From Octopus sinensis (lineage: Eukaryota), in contig NC_043011.1 of the NCBI RefSeq assembly GCF_006345805.1, forward strand, positions 43,536,464 to 43,600,463: a stretch of 64,000 nucleotides of DNA. The letters run 5' to 3'. A program made the translations under genes and the position numbers. Within the stretch, counting starts at the first letter, position 1; every line of letters starts with the position of its first letter. A model generated the notes under the pieces. The model saw only the letters and a list, made by a program, of their open reading frames with translations. It made no database searches and had not been told where the DNA came from. Positions 41,001 through 50,369 of this stretch are shown one piece after another.

Positions 41001-43486
41001 AAATCAGCAATGTACAGCCGACATAGCTCAGTTGGGAGAGCGTTAGACTGAAGATCTAAAGGTCCCTGGTTCGATCCCGAGTTTCGGCATCGTACCTCAT
41101 TTTTATTTTGGTCTTAGGTTCAATCGAATAATAATATTTACGAAATTTCTATGACAACTTGGTTTTCTTCATGCCATCTCTCCATGTCAATAAAATGGTA
41201 AATCAGCAACGCACAGCCGAAATAGCTCAGTTGGGAGAGCGTTAGACTGAAGATCTAAAGGTCCCTGGTTCGATCCCGGGTTTCGGCATCGTACCTCATT
41301 TTTATTTTGGTCTTAGGTTCAATCGAATAATAAATATTTACGAAATTTCTATGACAACTTGGTTTTCTTCATGTCATCTCTCCATGCCAATAAAATGGTA
41401 AATCAGCAACGCATAGCCGAAATAGCTCAGTTGGGAGAGCGTTAGACTGAAGATCTAAAGGTCCCTGGTTCGATCCCGGGTTTCGGCATCGTACCTCATT
41501 TTTATTTTGGTCTTAGGTTCAATCGAATAATAAATACTTACGAAATTTCTATGACAACTTGGTTTTCTTCATGTCATCTCTCCATGACAATAAAATGGTA
41601 AATCAGCAACGTACAGCCGACATAGCTCAGTTGGGAGAGCGTTAGACTGAAGATCTAAAGGTCCCTGGTTCGATCCCGGGTTTCGGCATCGTACCTCATT
41701 TTTATTTTGGTCTTAGGTTCAATCGAATAATAAATATTTACGAAATTTCCATGACAACTTGGTTTTCTTCATGTCATCTCTCCATGCCAATAAAATGGTA
41801 AATCAGCAACGCATAGCCGAAATAGCTCAGTTGGGAGAGCGTTAGACTGAAGATCTAAAGGTCCCTGGTTCGATCCCGGGTTTCGGCATCGTACCTCATT
41901 TTTATTTTGGTCTTAGGTTCAATCGAATAATAAATAGTTACGAAATTTCTATGACAACTTGGTTTTCTTCATGTCATCTCTCCATGCCAATAAAATGGTA
42001 AATCAGCAACGCATAGCCGAAATAGCTCAGTTGGGAGAGCGTTAGACTGAAGATCTAAAGGTCCCTGCTTCGATCCCGGGTTTCGGCATCGTACCTCATT
42101 TTTATTTTGGTCTTAGGTTCAATCGAATAATAAATACTTACGAAATTTCTATGACAACTTGGTTTTCTTCATGTCATCTCTCCATGTCAATAAAATGGTA
42201 AATCAGCAATGTACAGCCGACATAGCTCATTTGGGAGAGCGTTAGACTGAAGATCTAAAGGTCCCTGGTTCGATCCCGGGTTTCGGCATCGTACCTCATT
42301 TTTATTTTGGTCTTAGGTTCAATCGAATAATAAATATTTACGAAACTTCTATGACAACTTGGTTTTCTTCATGCCATCTCTCCATGTCAATAAAATGGTA
42401 AATCAGCAACGCCCAGCCGAAATAGCTCAGTTGGGAGAGCGTTAGACTGAAGATCTAAAGGTCCCTGGTTCGATCCCGGGTTTCGGCATCGTACCTCATT
42501 TTTATTTTGGTCTTAGGTTCAATCGAATAATAAATATTTACGAAATTTCTATGACAACTTGGTTTTCTTCATGTCATCTCTCCATGTCAATAAAATGGTA
42601 AATCAGCAATGTACAGCCGAAATAGCTCAGTTGGGAGAGCGTTAGACTGAAGATCTAAAGGTCCCTGGTTCGATCCCGGGTTTCGGCATCGTACCTCATT
42701 TTTATTTTGGTCTTAGGTTCAATCGAATAATAAATATTTACGAAATTTCTATGACAACTTGGTTTTCTTCATGCCATCTCTCCATGTCAATAAAATGGTA
42801 AATCAGCAACGCACAGCCGAAATAGCTCAGTTGGGAGAGCGTTAGACTGAAGATCTAAAGGTCCCTGGTTCGATCCCGGGTTTCGGCATCGTACCTCATT
42901 TTTATTTTGGTCTTAGGTTCAATCGAATAATAAATATTTACGAAATTTCTATGACAACTTGGTTTTCTTCATGCCATCTCTCCATGTCAATAAAATGGTA
43001 AATCAGCAACGCATAGCCGAAATAGCTCAGTTGGCAGAGCGTTAGACTGAAGATCTAAAGGTCCCTGCTTCGATCCCGGTTTCGGCATCGTACCTCATTT
43101 TTATTTTGGTCTTAGGTTCAATCGAATAATAATATTTACGAAATTTCCATGACAACTTGGTTTTCTTCATGTCATCTCTCCATGCCAATAAAATGGTAAA
43201 TCAGCAACGCATAGCCGAAATAGCTCAGTTGGGAGAGCGTTAGACTGAAGATCTAAAGGTCCCTGGTTCGATCCCGGGTTTCGGCATCGTACCTCATTTT
43301 TATTTTGGTCTTAGGTTCAATCGAATAATAAATATTTACGAAATTTCTATGACAACTTGGTTTTCTTCATGTCATCTCTCCATGTCAATAAAATGGTAAA
43401 TCAGCAATGTACAGCCGAAATAGCTCAGTTGGGAGAGCGTTAGACTGAAGACCTAAAGGTCCCTGGTTCGATCCCGGGTTTCGGCA
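26039..43486 (+). tRNA. trnF(GAA): 88 full-length tRNA-Phe(GAA) gene copies (first 26039-26111, last 43414-43486)
   Basis: Consensus GCCGAAATAGCTCAGTTGGGAGAGCGTTAGACTGAAGATCTAAAGGTCCCTGGTTCGATCCCGGGTTTCGGCA folds into the canonical eukaryotic tRNA-Phe cloverleaf with A and B boxes; most copies match consensus, a minority carry stem or box mutations. Confidence 0.97.
26121..26130 (+). terminator. Pol III terminator T-run, present in each monomer
   Basis: ATTTTTATTTT about 10 nt after each tRNA 3' end. Confidence 0.8.
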
Positions 43487-43900
43487 TCATATCTCATTTT
43501 TATTTTGTTCTTAGTTTCAATCGAATAATAAATATTTACGAAATTTCTATGACAACTTGGTTTTCTTCATGCCATCTCTCCATAAACATTGTTCAACTAC
43601 GCAACATCATTGTAAATGGAAGGAAACAGATCACAGACCAGTGAAAATTATTATTTTTTCAACGTTTTATGATGCAATTTTAATTAATAACTATGTTTGG
43701 AAATTTTCAAACAAAAAATTTACATTTTTAAGAAAGATTACGTGAGATGCATTCCTCTAGTTACGGGTATTGTTTTGGAAATAGTTTTTTCCCTTGGTAA
43801 TTGTAGAAGAGACTTAAAATTATTTCACGCCTACATTTTCTCTGCTACAAATGAAGAAAACTAAAAGAAAAGAAATATATTTCGCACTCATTCTACAGGT

Positions 43901-43974
43901 GTCTCTGTGGCGCAATCGGTTCGCGCGTTCGGCTGTTAATCGAAAAGTTGGTGGTTCCGTCCCAGCCAGGGACG
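43901..43974 (+). pseudogene. Degenerate tRNA-Asn(GTT)
   Basis: GTCTCTGTGGCGCAATCGGTTCGCGCGTTCGGCTGTTAATCGAAAAGTTGGTGGTTCCGTCCCAGCCAGGGACG; B box GTTCGA changed to GTTCCG, T-stem mismatches. Confidence 0.85.
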
Positions 43975-45000
43975 GACTCTTTCATTTTTGCTGAAAATAT
44001 ACCAGCGTTGAAGCTTCTCTTTTCTCGCCCATTGCGGGAATATAAAAAAAAACAATTTCTACAGTTGTGGTTTATAATAAGCTTTATTTTGCTTTTTCTA
44101 CCTTTACAGGTGCTTAGTAAATGTAAAATAAACGGATATTATTAAAAAAAAGCCCGAAAACTTGTACAATCTCTTCTCCACTAAACCTCATATTGTACGC
44201 ATGCGCATTTTTCTCTAAACTTTTCTCAATGTTCACGTCAATGTGTTTTTTGTCAACCAACACATAGTAGCTGGCACTGACCCGCGAAGTATCAGCTTTA
44301 TCGAAAATACGAAGTTAACAAGCTCGTAATATTTGAAACACAGATGTATCGTTTTGTTAACTTCGCGTACGTCCAAGACAATTGCATAACACGAAATCAT
44401 CCGGTACAGTTCGACACCCTTACCTTCTTTGCCATGATTTCGACTCCCGTGTCGAATGAATAAGATATATATCCGTTTCTTTACTGCTGTTGTTTTTTTT
44501 CTTCTGCTTATTCCTTTATGAAATTAAAACTTACATGTTAAGTAATATTTAACGTTTCAAATTTTAGCCAGTGTCAGCCCTTCAATATACCGGAAGCCTT
44601 AATTTTCATTTTTTTTTTCTTTATTTTTGTCTGTAAGAAAATGTAAACTTTACGGCACCTTAAACTAGTGCCCGAGTGAACGGGAGGATTCTGCTAAATG
44701 TAAAGTATTGAATGATATATATTTTAAAACACAAAGAAATGTTTTTGAAGAAAATTGTCTCTAATAAATAAAACGAAAACCATATAAATTTTAAATACTG
44801 AAAACAAATGACATGATATTGTACGACATGTGAAACAGAATATTAAAAAAAAAAGCCATTTCTTGTACCTGTTCTGCCACAGGTATTCGCAGAGACATGA
44901 GTCAATCAGAGAATGGTGAGGGGCCCCAAAGCACTTTCCACTTGTGCGTGTGCGTCTTGTCTTGCGGATGGACAAACTCAACGCTGTGATTGACAGTTCT

Positions 45001-45384
45001 GTGGAAGCACTCCGTCGGTTACGACGATGAGGGTTCCGGTTGATCCGAATCAACGGAACAGCCTGCTCGTGAAATTAACGTGTAAGTGGCTGAGCACTCC
45101 ACAGACACGTGTACCCTTAACGTAGTTCTCGGGGATATTCAGCGTGACACAGAGAGTGACAAGGCCGGCCCTTTGAAATACAGGTACAACAGAAACAGGA
45201 AGAAAGAGTGAGAGAAAGTTGTGATGAAAGAGTACAGCAGGGATCACCACCATCCCCTGCCGGAGCCTCGTGGAGCTTTAGGTGTTTTCGCTCAATAAAC
45301 ACTCACAACGCCCGGTCTGGGAATCGAAACCGCGATCCTACGACCGCGAGTCCGCTGCCCTAACCACTGGGCCATTGCGCCTCC
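45001..45384 (-). mobile_element. SINE family A1, full length with TSD
   Basis: TSD GATTGACAGTTCT at 44988-45000 and 45385-45397. Confidence 0.92.
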
Positions 45385-45700
45385 GATTGACAGTTCTAAA
45401 CATAAATTGGTAGCATATCTCAAACTATGAGCGGATATGTTAGCCACAAGTCAATGTGTTTTTAGTAATTACCGGTAGAAGGAAATCTCAAATACACTCG
45501 TTCTGTATGTGAAGATTACGACAAAAACAAGGCGTAGAGAATCACCTGTCATGTCTGGCAAAAGACATCGCCAGATAGCCACCGGTCAGCTATCAGTTTT
45601 CTTTGTGTAAACTTTCGTCTCGAAACTTTTCTTTCGTAAATTACGACAAGACTGCTTCAGTATAGAATAAATAAACAATATCAAAGAGCACTGTCGTCCA

Positions 45701-45773
45701 GCCGAAATAGCTCAGTTGGGAGAGCGTTAGACTGAAGATCTAAAGGTCCCTGGTTCGATCCCGGGTTTCGGCA
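45701..45773 (+). tRNA. trnF(GAA): tRNA-Phe(GAA), solitary, identical to array consensus
   Basis: Exact 73-nt consensus; TTTT about 15 nt downstream. Confidence 0.96.
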
Positions 45774-46220
45774 TACCCGCTCGAATTCATTTTGTCCTTA
45801 TTGTCAATCGAATTATAAATATTTATTAGAAATATCTAAATTGACAGAGAATTCTTCATGCCATCTTTGCCTACACATCTTTCAACTAAGTAATGTCATT
45901 GTAAAACCGCAGGAAGATATCCTTAGACTTCCTGAGATTATTTCCTTTTTACAAAATTTTAACGGGGTAATCATAATCTATGGGTTTATTTGGAAAAGTT
46001 TGAATTAAATGAATATACGATTTTAAGAAAGATTAGATGAGGCAAACTCCTTTGCAAATAATGTTTCTTCTTGGTAATTGTAAAAGAGAATTAAATTTCT
46101 TTCACGTGTAAATTTCTCTGCTACAAACGAAGAAATCTTAAGAAAAAGTTATATCACTGATGTTGTTATATTCACTAAAAGCATAATGCGCTGCTTGACT
46201 GCAACACAGAGGCATTGCTT

Positions 46221-46294
46221 TTATCTGTGTTGCAATCGGTCTGCGCCTTACTCTATCAGCAGTAATTTTGTTGGTTCGGTTTTGCTGAAGGATT
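46221..46294 (+). pseudogene. Heavily decayed tRNA-Asn relic
   Basis: TTATCTGTGTTGCAATCGGTCTGCGCC..TTGTTGGTTCGG aligns ungapped to tRNA-Asn and lies ~450 bp after Phe, like the other Phe-Asn cassettes. Confidence 0.65.
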
Positions 46295-46424
46295 TTTGAA
46301 ATTTCATCTGTAGGAAAGCCCCAGTTCTTTTCTCACCACTTGCGCTCGCCTCATCCTGCTATACATTCCGGTTCTTTGGTTACAAGCGCTCAGTGAAGGT
46401 TTTCGTTGCCAATATCCCTTTTTA

Positions 46425-46730
46425 CGGTGGAGGCACATGGCCTAGTGGTTAGAGCAGCGGACTCGCGGTCGAAGGATCGCGGGTTCGAATCTCAGACCGG
46501 GCGATGTGTGTGTTTATGAGCGAAACACCTAAGCTCCACGCGGCTCCGGCAGAAGGTAATGGCGAACTCCTGCTGACTCTTTCGCCACAACTTTCTCTCC
46601 CTCTTTCCTCCTGCATCTTGCAGCTCACCTGCGACGGACCGGTGTCTCGTCCAGGTGGGGAACCTATGCGCCAAGGAAACCGGGAAACCAGCCCTTATGA
46701 GCCAGGCATGGCTCGAGAAGGAACAAACAT
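46425..46730 (+). mobile_element. tRNA-derived SINE family A2 with TSD
   Basis: Head GTGGAGGCACATGGCCTAGTGGTTAGAGCAGCGGACTCGCGG..GGTTCGAATCTC; TSD CCTTTTTA at 46417-46424 and 46732-46739. Confidence 0.88.
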
Positions 46731-46759
46731 TCCTTTTTAAGGCGGCGAGTTTTAAGGCG

Positions 46760-46916
46760 ATAGTGTTTACGTCCCCGTCACTTACAGGTTCTGCAAAAGA
46801 GACCGATAAAAATAAGTACTAGGCTTACAAAGAATAAGTCCTGGGGTCGATTTGCCCGACTAAAAGCGATGCTCCAGCATGGCCACAGTCAAATGACTGA
46901 AACAAGTAAAGGAGTA
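46760..46916 (+). mobile_element. SINE family B, 3' part
   Basis: GTGTTTACGTCCCCGTCACTT..CAGTCAAATGACTGAAACAAGTAAA. Confidence 0.8.
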
Positions 46917-48316
46917 AACACACACACACACACACACAAACGTTCGTATAGCTCTCTTTTACACGCACGCACATACACACATATCCTCACACAGAGTTAA
47001 AGCGCCGTTTTTTTGTTTGTTTGTTTTTTTGGGGGGGGGTCCACTGTTAAATTTTCAGCATCCCACTTCCATCGGTGGATATCACCCCTTCCTTCGTCAG
47101 TCGTCTCTTGTGACGGACAAAAACACGAGAGTACTATATACGAGATACACTGAACTCGAATCAAATAATTCAAGAGGAAGTAACTCCTATATTCCTTACA
47201 AGAGTTACCTCCCCTATAATATGTATTGATATAGATGCAGTGTTTAGGCTAAATTTGACCATTATTTTATGTCTCCTTCTTTCAGGAACAGTTCGATGCA
47301 TAGCTGAACGGTTAATGGCATTGGAAAGCATAAGGATTAAAGTTGTGATCGGGAAAAAGTTATCACACATGGAGGAATGGAAGTTATTTGAATATATAAT
47401 CATGATGATTTGCGCCGGATATCAAAATGCCAACGTCTTAACGGCTGCTCAGTTCTCTATAAACGCTGTAAAGGCTACAAGACGCGGTGCGGTTCCGGGG
47501 CCGTCTTGAGGCAAAGGAGGGTGTTGAGGGCGGCTACTTTGATTAAACAGTTCTCTCCCAACCATTTTATTTTTCATTTTTTTAATTAATTTTTTTAAAT
47601 ACTTCATTTTTTTATGGAAACTAACTCGTTAAGAAAATCTCTATTAAAGACAAAATTAGTATTTATACTGAGAAGTAATGTTTATCGCCGCCTAAACATG
47701 TCGTCGTCGTCATCATCATCATTTGTCTGTATTTGTTCTATTACAAATGCCAAACAACACCATGGAGGAATCGACGTAAGCTTAAATAATAAACCGTGTT
47801 AGGTGACCCGTGATAAGTGAACCGCTGTATGGCGAGGTATTATTGTATGTATGTATATACTGAAATAAGTTTCGGCCGGAGTTCTGATACATTAATTGCC
47901 CTTGGGCCAAGATAGAAGTATTTTATGTGACTCTCATGTTAGTGGATTCTCTCACTCCTTGGCAGAACCTTAATTCTTGAAGGCGGGGTGGTGAGCGGGT
48001 GGCTTACTGTGTCCATAGCTGAGTGGAATAAGGAACATAATTTAATTTGCCGAAGAAATGTCAACTTGTTGGAATTGAGACGTTCAGGATGGAGAGCCGG
48101 ATATATATATAAAGGTTTTTTCCTTGTGTTATTTGTCCTGTACTCTATTTTTTTTGTTGTTTAAGAAAAATATCCAGTTCCTTGTGTTTGTGTCTATGTT
48201 TTTGTTTCTCATTGTGTTCGACGTTTTTTTGGTGTCCTGTACTCATATATGCGTGTATATATACATGTAGAGGTAGGTACGTACATATATGTGCATATGT
48301 TTTATTTATTAATATG

Positions 48317-48360
<44 letters not shown>

Positions 48361-48428
48361 ATAAAGTATATGTATCAAAGTATATATATAAAAGTATCAA
48401 AGTTTTAGAAGAAGAAAAAAACTTAAAT

Positions 48429-48501
48429 CGCCCAACGTGGGGCTCGAATCCACGACCCCGAGATTAAGAGTCTCGTGCTCTACCGACTGAGCTAGCCGGG
48501 T
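48429..48501 (-). pseudogene. trnK(CTT): tRNA-Lys(CTT), full length but G1A and G53A; probably impaired
   Basis: rc ACCCGGCTAGCTCAGTCGGTAGAGCACGAGACTCTTAATCTCGGGGTCGTGGATTCGAGCCCCACGTTGGGCG; A1:C72 and A53:C61 mismatches. Confidence 0.8.
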
Positions 48502-48789
48502 TTATCGGTAGGAAACTGTTAATTTAACGTTCATGTTACATTAGAATCACTAGATCCGCAGTGATGGAGTGTATATTTATTTATATTTTTTCCTTTTGTT
48601 TTTTTTTGTGGGGGAGGGGGTTATACCATTATTCTTTTGGGGTTTTTTAAAAATTTCTGCAAGTAATGGCAATTTTGTCATCGACGGTTTTGTCAGGAGG
48701 ATGACTGTTCCATTGCTGCAGCTTCACCCTCACCTTGCAACTGGCAACAACGTACTTTGGGTTGAAATTTTTTTTTCTTTTTGAAGGAC

Positions 48790-49530
48790 TACACTAGTTC
48801 CCCCCTGTGGAGCACAAGGCTCTTTTCCATCTCATGCATATTCTTTGCATAAAGTTTTTAAGTCATCTACAAAGAAACAGTGTGTAATTTTGGTATTTCT
48901 GTTTCCTTGTGAACCAGTGACATATCCTTCAGATTCTCTTAACATGAATGACAAAGGGTTTACGGAAAGCATAAACAACACCACAGAGAGGCTGTCTCCT
49001 TAGAATATACGTTTGCGACACTGTATTCTATGGGTGACAATACAGTCATTCTTTGTGTTTAATTTCAAGATGGTGGCCCTCGATGAAGTCAGGTCAGCTA
49101 TGGCTTTGACTATTCCCTCTGGAACTTTAGCAAGTTTAGGAGCTTCTGGCATCCATGAGTGGGGAACAGAGTCAAAGGCTTTCTTGTAATCTGGCCACTT
49201 TGAAACTAGGTTCCTCCTATGCTCTTGCACCTCTGACATCACAGTTTTGTTGTTTAACAATTGCTCGACACATCCCCGGACTCCCTTCCTCCCAAATGCT
49301 TATTCTCCTGTGATAATATTGGTTTCACAATGGTTCCACAGGAAGAGGTTTAAACATGCTGTATATATCTTATACATTAAGTCCAGGCATGCAATTTACC
49401 ATGTGGGTGGTTCTGCATTTGGGGATCAGTTTTGTCTCTAGCAGAGCTAATCAGTGTGGTATGCTGCTGTTCCCAATGAAAGCTTGCTGGTAAAGATTGA
49501 TAAGATATGCTCGGTAGAATGTTAGCTTCT
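48790..49530 (-). mobile_element. R4/Dong-like (RLE-type) LINE reverse transcriptase fragment
   Basis: WPDYKKAFDSVPHSWM, RIF*GDSLSVVLF (GIFQGDSLSP) and KITHCFFVDDLK motifs on the minus strand, with stops and frameshifts. Confidence 0.85.
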
Positions 49531-49534
49531 AGTA

Positions 49535-49720
49535 CGAGGAAAGAGTGGGAGAAAGTTGTGGCGAAAGAGTCAGCAGAAGTTCGCCATTACCTTCTGCCGA
49601 AGCCGCGTGGAGCTTAGGTGTTTCACTCATAAACACACACATCGCCCGGTCTGAGATTCGAACCCGCGATCCCACGACCGCGAGTCCGCTGTTCTAGCCA
49701 CTAGGTCATGTGCCTCCACA
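49535..49720 (-). mobile_element. SINE family A2, 5' part
   Basis: Reverse complement of the 46425 head region. Confidence 0.85.
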
Positions 49721-50369
49721 TCAGCCATCATAGGGTGACTGAAATAACATGAGAGTCGCTCTTTTTCATCAGTTTGAAATGCCCTCTGCCCAGTATCTGT
49801 GACCGAAGAAGAGATAACTATTCCGAAAGACTGCATCTCACAGTCTGGAAACGGGGCGCTGCGAACTAATCTAGGTGTATCTACACCATTGTCAACAGCA
49901 AGAAATTTTCTCCGCGATAAAACAAAATGAATGGCTTCTTTATTAGTCCAGTCGTGCCGCAAGAAGATTTGAACTGGTTATAACATTGCATTAAGACTGT
50001 TAAATTTGTAACACTTCAGTTTTGAAAGAGTTTTCAGAGAATCAGGCATTTCCAAGTTGACAACTTTTTCTTTGAACGTTGACAGTATCCAGGAGAACAA
50101 CTTTTTGTACTTCTGATGCTTTTAAGTTTCCAGATATTTGTCCATGGTGATTAAGAGCGCCTTCAGGTATTGTCCCCAAAGCTCCTATGTTCACAGATCA
50201 GATATAGTTGACATTCTTAGATGCCATGTTTTGAAACCTCAAGGTCCTTTGGTATAAATAACATTTGAATTGTTTCTACAGAAGTGTTGCACTCTGCTTT
50301 CATTGACATATCTCTGCGGTGACATGTTTTGTCAACGTGATTTTTTTATCACAATTTCTAATCTATTGG
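49608..50369. repeat. Left copy of ~760-bp direct repeat (SINE A2 head plus LINE RLE/3' end)
   Basis: Near-identical to 60509-61270; minus strand encodes IGALGTIPEG..EVQKVVLLDT (RLE C-terminus). Confidence 0.93.

Larger units (their letters stand above)
25825..43583 (+). repeat. Tandem array of 89 ~200-bp monomers, each with a tRNA-Phe(GAA) gene
   Basis: Monomer is a 30-nt leader (GTCAATAAAATGGTAAATCAGCAACGCATA), a 73-nt tRNA and a ~97-nt trailer; 89x200 minus small deletions equals 17759 bp. Confidence 0.98.

Noticed and set aside
26039-43486. Anticodon-shifted or suppressor tRNAs hidden in the array
   Set aside because: Every copy I read keeps CTGAAGA
26039-43486. Link between the array and a specific Phe-rich protein programme
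   Set aside because: Nothing in this window supports it; it would need tissue tRNA-seq and codon-demand data
25825-43583. Array read as a CRISPR array
   Set aside because: Spacers are near-identical rather than unique, the repeat is a eukaryotic tRNA gene, and there are no cas genes
47240-47509. 89-aa ORF after a pyrimidine tract and CAG (possible exon or transposase HTH remnant)
   Set aside because: No partner exon, donor site, TIR pair or firm motif found; left unannotated pending BLAST
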